Positions 12,500-24,609 of a DNA stretch of 64,000 nt are shown piece after piece. Below the pieces are notes generated by a model. It was not told the DNA's origin, ran no database searches, and worked only from the letters and a program-made list of their open reading frames with translations. The DNA lies in the NCBI GenBank assembly GCA_028023455.1, contig JAQFVV010000005.1, positions 9,176,001 through 9,240,000 on the forward strand, given 5' to 3'. This stretch comes from Epiperipatus broadwayi. Taxonomy: Eukaryota > Animalia > Onychophora. Position 1 is the stretch's first letter. Every line of letters starts with the position of its first letter. The translations under genes and the position numbers were made by a program.

Positions 12500-14400
12500 T
12501 AGATGTAGATCCAGAAATTTTAATAAGATGCGCATTGTTAGAACAATAATTACATTGTTAATAAGATGCTAATTTTGATATACCTTCTATGTTAAGTCGA
12601 ACTAATTTTATAGTGTTTCCTAGGTGAAGAGAAGATCGCTTTGTAGAGTGTATATCTGTTGTTCGAGGTAATCCATGCCGCCAATACTACGAAGTCGTTA
12701 TTCGTGTCAAGAACCTAGAACTCTGATTTCTGTAGTTCCTGGCACAGCTATATTACCGCAGTTTTCGCTAACAGTTTTGTATATGTTCATAATTTGCTGT
12801 CTTTAAGCAGGAATTAATCAAGATGAAGTCAGATTATTTTGTGAGGATAATTACACTAGTTCATGCTACTTGCAAGGCGGCCCGCTATTAATTGAAAATA
12901 TTATGGTTTTCATTTATTTTCAGTTGTGGAATTATTTTTGAAATCCATGAGTTTCGTTTTAAGCAAAACATAAAGGATTTTTTTTAAAAAAAATCAATCG
13001 TCTACCATTAAAAATAAATATTGAAAATTGCCTTAATGATTACAGAAAATAAAAGTATAGTATATTGACTAAATTATATTTTGGTCATAAGTCCCAGTTA
13101 ATGAGGACATGAAATCAGTTTTTATTCAATTTATAAAATACAGTACTGTAATTATAATATAACAATATTTAGGTTATCTTATGATTATAGCGACCTCAAG
13201 TGGTATATCTTTTTTCCAATTTCAATTTTGTTTTATATTTAATTTTATGACGATTAACTACTTACTTCACTGAAAAAATATTAGTAAACAAGGCAAAGCT
13301 CTCCATATAGTAGTGCCACCCTGTGCCAACCAGAGTAATCAACGGCACTCCTACATGGAGACTTTTGCATTGTTTAATAACAATTATGTGCTACTATAAG
13401 AGATGGTGATCATATGATGTTTAGAAGAATATTAGTCTAAGGTAATATTTATTTGTCTTTTATATATTCGGTATTGTTTGTATTCAGCATATATATTTTA
13501 AAATATCCATGATATCAACATCTTCTAACGTTGTTTAATGTAGAGACAGATTTAATTGTAATTTAAACATTTAACTTTTATTGTTTGAGTCAAGTTATTT
13601 GACAGGAATCTGTTTTTTATTTTATAATCACTCATTATAATAGTAATTTAAATTATGAGAGAAACAAGTTCGTGAACTCTATTTAAGTAACTTTTCAAAA
13701 TTTTAACCGATTTGTTTAACGGTAACTATTGTTTAGGCTTTTGATTCTTCTGATTTAAATAGTGTGATTTTGTTTTGCTTTCACTGACATTCGCTGCATA
13801 ATGTTATTATTTTATTGAAATTAGGGAATACAATATTTAAATTTGAAATTATATGTGCCATATGAAAAAATTACAATCAAAGAGCTAATTATTACTGATA
13901 TTTATAATTAAATTAATCATCGTTATTTCATTCTCTTCTCATTTAGGTTACACAGGGCTCAATCATTATGTTCTTATCATGCTATTGATCATTTTTCTTC
14001 CTTGCGGTATCGTTGGGTGACTGTAACGATGTTTTTTTTTTTTTTCATTATTCATTTTCTGCTAAATACAATTTTGATTCTTTGTTATTTTTTTGTTTTG
14101 GAATTAGAATGAATGATAAGTAACGTTTTTTGTTTGAAGTGGCTAGAATATCAAATATTTTGCTCAGACGTTGTTATAGAGAGGGGAAAGCAGTTGAATT
14201 TTTTTTGTCCAGTCTGCATGTTATTTTTATACACCCGTCTGTGACTGGGTAAAGATAATTAAATGATAATGTGGAAGTATTTAAATTAGAAATGGATAGA
14301 CGCCCATAAACATTTTTGATAATAAAGCAATTTAGTAAATAACGACAACGAATATTATTATCGCACTTCTAACTATATCTATGCAACCGATAACCTTTCT
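12500..14400 (+). promoter_or_regulatory. CpG-retaining region: probable promoter and 5' exons of the zinc-finger gene
   Basis: CG dinucleotides are visibly frequent here against a depleted background. Candidate micro-exon 12623-12667 (tttcctag|..gag|gtaat), acceptor atttag|gtta at 13946/13947, and a strong poly-T acceptor near 14570. Confidence 0.5.
13281..13380. repeat. 100-bp MITE-like element with 37-bp imperfect TIRs
   Basis: 13281-13317 is the reverse complement of 13344-13380 with about 6 mismatches. Confidence 0.7.
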
Positions 14401-16421
14401 CTAATTTTCACTCCAATAATATCAAATTGATAGATCCAGAGTCAATCATATTTGTTTGTACATATGACTAGAAATGAATTTCCATAGTAGTAGACTTATA
14501 GGTGCATTACAAACCATAATTTTGACAGCAGCAGCAAAAAGTCTGCTTTTTTTTTTTTTTTTAACTTTCAGGGATAGTGTTTGAATTAGGCCTCCCACAA
14601 TAATGAAAGATCTGCTACTTCTAGTGAAAATTAAAGTAGCTTTTACACAAATGAACCCTACTCTGTTTTTTTATTGCACGTTTTTTATATTATTTTGGAT
14701 GAATTGTTCTTTAAACTCAAACCAATCATCAATCAGCCTATAAATATGTGAAGGGGAGCTATAGGGATAAGCTTGATTGAGAATTATATGGTTATCCTTG
14801 CTTAATTAAATATGCTGTTTGAATCACTTTATTTTTGTATGTAATTTTTTTTTCTACTCTTTCATAAATGTAATTTTGTTAATTAAAAGTTAATCTATTA
14901 ATGAAAACAGCAGCAAGGATGTATTACTTAGCTATGAAATCATTATCCTTAGAAGTATTATTATTGTGATAAAAAGAAGATATATACTTCATTAAATTCC
15001 TCTTTGCTGTATTTCATTATAACTAAAATGTAACTAGAGAAAGGAAGTGTAAAATAAAACATAATTTAACTACCTTGTTGAAGCACCAAGTGTAGCAGAA
15101 GGAAAATGGCAAGCATACAAAATTAGGGTAAAGTAAGAAATAACTCGGTTATAAAATAATCACATGTTGATTTGCCAAATGTAATGGAGATATAATAAAT
15201 AATAACTGCATAATGTGAATCTTAATACTTTCCAAATTCTACATAGATAAATAGTGTTTAATGATAATGTGAGTCATCCATGCAACCTTGATAACATCTG
15301 TTGTATATTGACTAGTTATTTATTTATTAATAAAGATATATATGTATGTGTATGTACAAACCTGCTTAATGCAGGCACTGTTGAGTCACTCTAGAAATAA
15401 TTATATGCAGAAAGTAGAATTAAACTACATATTCCAATTTGCTTAACAAATTGTCAAATAATATACACATTAACAGAGTTATTAAAATTAAGTACAAAAC
15501 TTCTAATGAAGAAATAGTAGGAATGAAAAAGAAGATTAGTGAAAAATTATAAGGATTGAATGAAAGCTAATAGAATAGTTGCTGATCAAATATAAGAAAG
15601 AGATCTAATCCAATCCAATTAGACTGACTCAAGGACTTGAATGAGCAGCAACATGCTTACTAAAATTGCTAGTGAATGACTCTCTGAAATTACTGGAGTT
15701 GTGATAAACATGAGGGAAGCAAATTGTTATTGAATGAAGGACTTTTAATAAATTATGGAATTGGAGTTTGGCTCTATATTTCTAGCTATCTATTTATGGA
15801 TATATGAACTGTTCCATTATCATTAATATGTATTGCTGTTTCAACTAGTCAGTCACTCATTACTAATTATTATTACTAATTTATATATTATTATGATTAA
15901 AATTACCCCAAATCCAAAATTCAACCAGACTAGCCAAAGAAAAAAAAAAAACTAAATTAAAACATAACCAATGTTATCACTGCTACAAGCAGATTTCTGA
16001 AGTGTAAAGAACTACAAAAACTACACCATATATATATATATTAGACATTACCCACAAATCCATTTACTTCCCATCCACCCTTAATATTAAAAGAACTCCT
16101 AAATAAGTTAATTGCTTGTAATGTTTATATTATTATGAGTAAATAAACTCATTTCACTTATTAAATGAAATTTCTGTTTTTAATTTGAGTGTACTGCTGC
16201 TAGATTATAGTTTAGCTCCATACGTATGTATTGACATTTAGGTCTTCACATTTAATAATACCAATAAATATGCATTTTACTACTTCCTAACATAAAGGAC
16301 AAAACAAATATATTTGAATCTTTTTTTTATTATCAAAAAAAAAAATTAATTGTAATGGAGGATATCAATTATTTGATTTTAATTTGTCTATATTTGTCAA
16401 ACTGTCTTGTATAATATTCAG

Positions 16422-16502
16422 ACTAAAAAGTTCTTAGAGAGTTTTGGTTACACTACATCATCAAATCCTAAAATGCTGAATCAAAAGTGTAGTATGTGAA
16501 AG
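16422..16502 (+). other. Candidate non-coding (5'UTR) exon
   Basis: ttcag| acceptor and consensus aag|gtaagt donor. All three frames contain stops. Confidence 0.35.
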
Positions 16503-17116
16503 GTAAGTTTTATTTGTATGGACTTGTCATATAGGCCATGATAATGAGTGACACCTTCTTATGAATGACACCCTCCAGATTTTAGTTCATGTCCATTCAT
16601 ATTTATACTAGTTTTCCCATTATAGCTCCTGATTCTAGCCTACAGAAAGCATAGATTTTGAGAAAGATGTAGGTTATCACTGATTATATAACCAATTAAA
16701 TGTGTGTCTATCAACTTTCTACTGACTATATAATCAATTAAATGGGTCTTATCTACTTTCTACATAATGTAGGCAATATTCATATTGTAAAACAAAGCAA
16801 ATTGATCTGTGCAGCCCTTGGTTAACAAAATGCACATTTACAGTATGTATGGTGTAGCAAGAATTATTTAAGTTAACCAAATACAAAAATCAATATCTCA
16901 TTTACAGAACATATAAATACTATTAATCAAAAGTCTATACTTATCTTTATATATTTTTTAGGTGCAAGCCATATTCTTAATTTTTATGTATTATTAGAAA
17001 ATTTGTGAAAATTCAAAAAGGACCAGACTGTTTAAAAAACAATGAAGAAAAACTGCATTTCTATATTAAGATAACCACTCATTCAATTTCTTCATTTGCC
17101 CACTAACAATCATTTC

Positions 17117-17236
17117 ATAAGTTAATTAGTGAGATATTATTTTATATAGCACTATGTTTTTATACTGTAATAGTGATATTAGTGATTAAGCGCATGTGCA
17201 TTGGCTTAATCGCTAATATCACTATAAGTTAATTAG
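17117..17236. repeat. Mini-element: 22-bp stem hairpin (17170-17225) between 13-bp direct repeats
   Basis: atagtgatattagtgattaagc / gcttaatcgctaatatcactat. ataagttaattag occurs at 17117-17129 and 17224-17236. Confidence 0.7.
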
Positions 17237-17489
17237 CTAAAACCTAATTTAAGATAATTTATACATTTGTTTTTAGTTTTTTGTCTTATTATTGATGTGT
17301 TCTTATCAAGTCATGCCAATTCTGCTTGTTTTACTTTTGTGTCTATAATACATAATACAAACTAATTATAATTTAACATGTTTATTAGTCACATACACCA
17401 CTTCTTGTCCACTCTCACTTCTCAGGTTTTTTGCACACAACAGATGATTGTCAGATTGTATCTATCCAGTCTGGATTCTTAGTATGATT

Positions 17490-18120
17490 CTGTTTCTTAT
17501 TTGTATTACTTCCACATAATAGTGATTTCTGAAATAGGTAAAAATCTTTCATATTTTACTGTACTGGACTATCATCCACTTCTGTTCACTTCAGCTATTT
17601 TCCTATCTATTATGGCTAAGGTTGAACACTACCTGCAAGTCATAACATATATATGTATATACAATGCAAAGACAATGCTCTGTGTTATCTTTTTATTTTT
17701 TCATTATTCAAGAAGGACTTTTCTAACTCTCCAATGTTTTGTTCAGCTACAAATCTTCGCATCTATGCTGAGTCTTCTTTTAATATGCTTCACTGATGGT
17801 CGGTTTGTACAGCATAGTTAGGCCATGCTATGCCTCTGTAGCAACCATCATGTCTGACATATCTGCTACTTGCTACATACCATCATGCATCTCTGTGCTG
17901 AGTGCCCTTTGTAGCATTACTATGTATCCTCTTGTGTTCCCCGTATTCTCTCTACCACAGAATATTTATACTCTATGCAAATTTAACATACATGTGGACC
18001 CGTATTCTCTCTATTACAGAATATTTATACTCTACGCAAATTTAACATACATGTGGACCTTCATGAAAGCCCTCCTCCATTACTGCCATTATTGCATTGA
18101 ATGCATTCCGTTGAAATAAT
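17490..18120 (-). mobile_element. Decayed RTE-like LINE 3' half (copy 1)
   Basis: VKFA*SINIL (FADD-like) and C-terminal remnants. Clear nucleotide similarity to 18780-19320. Confidence 0.5.
17941..18059 (+). repeat. 59-bp tandem duplication
   Basis: ccgtattctctct..catgtggac occurs twice with 3 mismatches. Confidence 0.9.
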
Positions 18121-18779
18121 TGTTAGTAAATATTTTTTTTAGCCTACATTCCTTTCTGCATAACATTCCACCTCCCTTGATTTACATTAATTTTTTAATT
18201 TTCCTCACTAGCCTTAGGTAATGAGTTAAATACATAATTTATTAGGTACTAAAGATGTCTGCAAAATTTTTTTGGTCTCTCTAGTTGGCTTAGCTCTGCT
18301 AATGTTTCTAATTCTTTATTCACTGAATTATTCTGATTATGTTCTCCATCCTTTTAAAGTAGCTGCATTTCCTGACCATCTGTATAAATCCTCTCTTGAT
18401 GACTTTGTTCAAATAAATTATTTATATCTGTAAGTAATTGGTCTTGATGGTTTTTCTGAAGTTTTCCATCTTTTTTTCTACTACCAGTATGTAGTTCCCT
18501 TTTTGTACTATTACTACTGCTGTTATCTGTCTGTTTTCTGAATATATTTTACTAAATACTTTATTGCCTTTTTAAAATCTTATCTTCTATGATTTTTTTT
18601 CATGTACACAAAATTCTACCATGTCCAAATGATTGTTGTCTATTAGTCAAATATATATATATTTGGGTTAGTGCAGAAATATGCCATTTGTCCATTGTTA
18701 CTTCTCTGGTTCTACACAAATAACAGATGATTAACAGGTTGTTTGTATCAGTCAAGTCTGAATTGCTTGGTATGAGGCT

Positions 18780-19320
18780 GTTTCTTATTTGTATTACTCC
18801 CACATATAATAAGTTCTATTATAAGTAATTTTGACTCTTGAAGACTCCTTCATACTTTACTGTACTTGACTCTCATCCACCCCTGTTCACTTCTCCTGTC
18901 ATCTTATTAGCTATCACTAAGGTTGAACACTACCTGGTAGTCATAACTTATATATGCACATACAAAGTAAAGACTTAATACTATGTCTTACCTTACTACT
19001 TTTCAGTGTTTAAGATGTACTTAACTAACTCTCCAATGTGATGTCTGGCTGCATGTCTTACACATCTGACTGAGTCTATGCTTTTTCAATGGCTAGCTTG
19101 TATAGCATACTTAAATTGTGCTATGCCTCTGTAGTATCCATCCTATCTGATGGCTTATCTGCTACTTGCTACATACCATCATGTGTCTCTGTACCGAGTT
19201 CTCTATGTCTGCACTGCTCAGTATTCTTTTTACTTCAGAATATTTGTATTTTCTGTGAACTATTTCCATTATCACATTGCTTGCATTTCATTTCAACTAT
19301 TGTTAGTAAACCTTCCTTAT
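18780..19320 (-). mobile_element. Decayed RTE-like LINE 3' half (copy 2)
   Basis: Shares ctaaggttgaacactacctg and tctgctacttgctacataccatcatg with copy 1. Confidence 0.5.
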
Positions 19321-19546
19321 AGCTGACATTTTTTCTTTCATGAATAGCATTCTTACATATAATTTTGTTAAAAAAACAATAATTGAAAAATTTATTAGAA
19401 AATATTAAATGTTTTAGAAATTATAGCAACTGCTTTCCAATGTAGAGTGTGGAGGAAGATGAAAACTTAATTGAAGTATAGACATCTTATAAAAAATATG
19501 TATCATTTGTTTAAAATCTCATTTTAATGAAACTATTTTTCTAGAA

Positions 19547-21849
19547 CAAGAATCACAAACTGATGGCCTATGAGCCAAATATAGCCTTTGAAGGCTTCAC
19601 ATTCAGCATATCTGGGGGGGGGGGGTTAAAATAGAAAAAAATTTACATCTTTAAATACTTGATGTCAACTTTAAACAAAAGCAAAAATTATTACTTTAAT
19701 TCTTTATATCATTTTTATAGCATTAAATGTTGCCAATGCTGTAGAGAAGTTATTTGCCATGCAACCATTTAAAGCCATATGGTATAATGGTAATACATTA
19801 CATGTTGCCATTATAATATGATAGTATATTAATAAAAGTTGCCTCAATAATGTATATGTTTTTTTGATGATAATAATGTGTTTAGAAAAGAAAAGAAAAC
19901 TAGATCAAGAGGCTCAGAACATGTCAAGAAAAATGGGGAAAGGCATATTTCCTTGTAGAAATAAAAATATTCCAACATGTTTAACATGCAGACAAATTCT
20001 TGCCATTGTTAAAGAATATAACTCAAAACACCATTATAAACAAATCATAAGAACTATGATAAATATCAGAAAAGTTGTATGATGCTAAACTTAAAGATTT
20101 AAAAAATGAACTGAAATTTTAACAGATATAATTGAATGTTAATAAAACAAATAATGCTATTGTTAAATGTAGTTACATCATAGGTAAAAAATTGGTTGGG
20201 CTTGGAAATCTTTTACTGATGGAGAATCTATTAAAAATTATATTTTTAATGTAGTCAAAATTATATGTCTGGAAAAAAGCAAGCATTTAAATGTGTAAAC
20301 CTATCAGGAAATGCAGTTGCAGACTGTATTGAAGGTATAGCAGAGAACTTTCCAAGATATATTGTATGAAAAAAAAAAGATTTTTATAACATATTTCATT
20401 GCAATTGATGAATATACAGACACTATTAATACTTCACAGCAATATTTATTTATAGTATTGATGATACTATAAATGTGACTGAACTATTCTATATGGTGCC
20501 TGTATCAGGAATACAATAGGAAATGATTTGTATTGAGAGAAGTCTTGAAAATGCTCATGTGAATTGGTCAAAATCAGTAAATATGACTAGTTAGGGTTCC
20601 AGCTATAGTTGTTGCTAATGTCAGACTTGTTACAAAACATCAAATGAAAATACAAACTTACTCATTTCATAACATAATAGACCAGTAGTCATTTTATGCT
20701 AAAAGACTAATGGAAAATGATGTGTGTGTAGTAACAAACTGCATACATTCTCGTCTCTTAAAGTGTCAACAGTTCTCTGCGTTGTTGGATAAATTGTATT
20801 CATAAAATACCAATTTGCTATAATATGCAGAACTTGGATGGCTTAGTCATGGTATTGTTTTTTTTTAAAAAAATAACTCTTAAAAGAAATTTATATGTTC
20901 ATTTCATCCAAAGAAAAATTGATTCCTCAGCTCATAGATGAAGATTAATATGGTTTTTTGGTTACCATAACAAGTTGCTTAAGCACTTAAAATACTGCTC
21001 TGCAAAGATGTGAACAATTGATATGTCATATGTATAATTCAATTAAGACCTCTTCAGAAAAGCTCCATCTTTGGCAAACACATTTGGCAAAGAATAATTT
21101 AGCTCACTTTCCTACACTTAAATGGCTATCTCAAAATAGTAATGATACTCTAAACTACATTCCTCAAATTGAAAAATTTAATTTTAAAAAAAGAAATTTT
21201 CATTTCAAACAGCTCAAAAATGAATTATTACTATTCAGTTCACCTTTTTAAATTAATATTCAAAAGTTTAATGAAGAAAACTCCAATGCAATACTGAATT
21301 AAAATGTAAATATGATGAAATTGTCATACTAAACTTTTGTAAATATCTTGGTACTAAATATCTTAAATATAAAATTTATTGTGCAAAAATATTATCAATC
21401 TTTGGAAGCATCTATGTATGTGAGCAATTATTTTCAATTATGAAATTTAATAAGTCAAAATTCCATTCATGGATAAAATATTCTAGATTGAATGTAACAA
21501 TTTATACAAAAAGCAGATCTTGACATGTTACTATAGAGAAAAAGATTTCAGGTTTTTAGATCAAAGTCAGATTAAAAGAAGAAAGTTTCAGATAAAAATC
21601 TTGATTTTTGTCAATCAAAATTATGGATTTTATTAATTTTATTAAAGTCTCAATAAAATGTATGATTATAAATTTAAATGGTGATGTAACTATTTAAGTA
21701 AATCATGAAAGCCCAGCAACAAATGGACATTTGTTAGAGTCTTTCTTTTTTTAGTTCTTATTTTGGTTCACAAAATGATACTGAATATGGCCTGCATCTG
21801 ATATATATATATGTTTGGCAATTTGCTGCATTTGGCTTTTAGATTCGTG
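19547..21849 (+). mobile_element. hAT DNA transposon (Buster/SPIN group, GTF2IRD2-like transposase), both ends present, ORF inactivated
   Basis: Identical 8-bp TSD TTCTAGAA at 19539-19546 and 21850-21857. TIR caagaatc/gattcgtg. BED-like CLTC..KEYN..HHY, catalytic FIAIDEYTD (~20395), LHLWQTHLAKNNLAHFPTL, and hATC FGSIYVCEQLFSIMK (~21400-21450). Confidence 0.9.
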
Positions 21850-22354
21850 TTCTAGAACATAGCAATTTAACAAAACAGATAGATGGGCTATAAGATTTTT
21901 AAAGAGTAGATCCATTAGTGAAATGAGACTGAATGATATTGGATTTGCTGTATGCTTTAAATTAGTATCTTCAATTCTTGGAAATTTTTCAAATTATCAT
22001 TGAAAGACTAATAATACTAAATCTTGATTTTATAAAATGGTGTCTGTGGTCATTTATTAATGCATAACATTGCTGGATAGCATTATTGAATCAATATCAT
22101 TAAAAGTTTAAATTATCTTTTTAGGTACTTTAATGCACATGTTAATACTAACACTAAACTTTGGCCAGAAGTGGTTGCAAATAATGGTATTGGTATTGTA
22201 AACTCAAATTATTTACTATTATTGAATTTTTTCACATTATATGGAGTGATTATCAAAAACACTTTGCTTAGTCAGAAAAATCATTATAAAGCAGCATGGA
22301 TACTTTTGTGGTGTGGTACAGAACTTGTTACTACATTATTACTTACAAATATAT

Positions 22355-22880
22355 ATTGTTGGGCAGAGTATAGATTAATGAAGTCTGAGGTTGAAATGAT
22401 TGCTATATTAAAAATAAACTTAATTTTAATTGGAAAATTATAGATTAGTAAGTTTTAGATTAAAATGATTGCTGCAGTAAAAATAAACTTAATTTTATTG
22501 GGAAGATTATAGGTTAGTAAGTCCAAGATTAAAGTGATTGCTGTATTAAAAATAAAGTTAATTTTATTGGACTGATTATAGATTAGTATGTCTGAGATTA
22601 AAATGATCACTGTATTAAAATAAATAATTTTATTGGGCAGAGTATAGATTAATAAGTCTGAAGTTAAAATGATTGCTGTATTGGGCAGATTATAGATTAG
22701 TAAGTCTGAGATTAAAATCATTGCTGTATTAAAAATAAAACTTAATTTTATTGTGCAGATTAGTAATTCTGAGATTAAAATGTTTGTTGTAGTAAAGATA
22801 ACCTTAATTTTATTGGGCACCTTATAGATTAGTAAGTCTGAGATAAAAATGATTGCTGTAATAAAAATAAACTTAAGTTT
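22355..22880 (+). repeat. Minisatellite, ~69-bp unit, 8 diverged copies
   Basis: Anchors ttggg/ttgga/ttgtg near 22359, 22430, 22498, 22567, 22632, 22681, 22750 and 22812. Consensus ttattgggcagattatagattagtaagtctgagattaaaatgattgctgtattaaaaataaacttaatt. Confidence 0.9.
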
Positions 22881-24609
22881 AATAGCTATTAATCATTCAA
22901 ATGTCTAATTTGAACTCTCAGGATTGCCATTATAAAATTGTTTTATGGAGTATGTTATGGCTACAACTAAATCTATTTTTGGATTCACTAAAAAGGAAGA
23001 ATCACCCCTGGCACTCTGATAGTGATTTTATTGTTAGTGACTTAATTTTAGAAAAATATCAGTTTAGCCAAATAATATATTGAATGGGGATCTTCATAAC
23101 CAAGAAAGAGATTTGAGAGTAGAAGTTTGACTGACAAGGAAGCTTAAAAATAATTGGTGGATTAAACTGCAAAGGAGATGCAAATGTTTGCTGATTATGA
23201 TTACTTTAGATTTATTATTGATCCACTGAAAGAAACATATGGATCTGAAACCCAAAAATGTAATCCTATTAAATCCATCAGTGGATCTCTTTTACATGAT
23301 AACAATGATATTTTAAATAGGTGGAAGGAATATTTTGATCATTTTTTGAAAAATGATATAATAATTGGAATGATGATTTTTAATTACATATCCATTCCAT
23401 CTACACATTCAGATTTGAACAAAGATATCCAGTTCAGTGAAGTTAAAACAACTTGTAACTTTAAAATGGAGAGGCTGCAGATCACAATGAAATGCCTGAA
23501 TTTTCAGATATATATTTTCAAATGACTGGATGTATATATATATATTAAAGTGGAGATTTCATTTTCATAATGAGTCGCAGGCCTAGAAAGCAGAAACAGC
23601 AGTGAATGAACTATTTAAAGTCAGTTTAGAAAGGAAGAGATTGAGAATATAGTTAATTTAACTTTATTAAAATTTGTATGAATTTATAAGTTCAAATTTA
23701 ATATATTTACACACAGTAAATTGTTTGGGTGTGCATGTATAAATGTGTGTATATAAAAGTCAAATTTTAGAAATATTTAAAAAAATAAAATTTAATATAT
23801 TTCTATAAACATTATAATAGGAAAAAAATTAAATTAAGTTCACTTTTAAAATTTTTTTAGATATACAGTTTTCTTTCAAATAAATAATCTGTTGAATTAA
23901 ATAATGTATTTATAATTTTATTTAATTGTAAATAAATTTAAAAAGAATCTGTTTAAACATTCTTTGCAGTTATTATTATTTAATTAAATGATATTTTGAA
24001 ATGTTTTTAAAAATAAAATTTTAGTTAATTAAGGTAATATATCTGTTTGTTAATCCAGAATTTAATATTGGTATAACAAAAGTTATTTGATTTCCAAAAT
24101 AATGTGTTAAAGAATCTATATCATTTTCTAGTGTATGGTTATTTGTTTAAACTTTGTTAATAAGGATATCTGTATGATTTTAATGTACAGATTACTGTAA
24201 AGCTATAAAAAGAAGGGATATCTTTTATTTATTTAAGTGATAGTTGTGCATTACAAGTTGGTCACTGTAGTTATTTTCATTAGATTACTTTTCGAGGATC
24301 ATTTAGCTTGAATGTATAAAGAAGAAAGAATAACCATTTCTTTATACTAGATCAAAGTTATGAAATGCTGTTCTCAAAAACCAATGGTAACTAAAATATT
24401 GCTGTTTAAAATAGGAAATATGACTGAAATAATTAAGAAATGTTGCATTTCTTTTTGACTAGAAATTCCTGGTTGTGATTAATAATCTGTGTATCTCTTT
24501 GCATTAGTAAATATTTTATTTATTTCAAATGTAAATGTTTTTAAAAAATGTTGTGGTCCCATTTTTGAAAATGAAAAATTTATATCAGTCTTGTTTAAAT
24601 TGTAAGTAT

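Noticed and set aside
12623-12726. C/D snoRNA-like GTGAAGA...CTGA
   Set aside because: Imperfect box C, no terminal stem and no guide I could recognise.
15500-15780. Possible Gypsy pol fragment
   Set aside because: Only vague motif resemblance and no ordered domains.
22355-22880. CRISPR-like array, or a 23-aa repeat protein (ORF 22455-22820)
   Set aside because: No unique spacers, eukaryotic context and no cas genes. The ORF is a by-product of a 69-bp unit that lacks stops on one strand.
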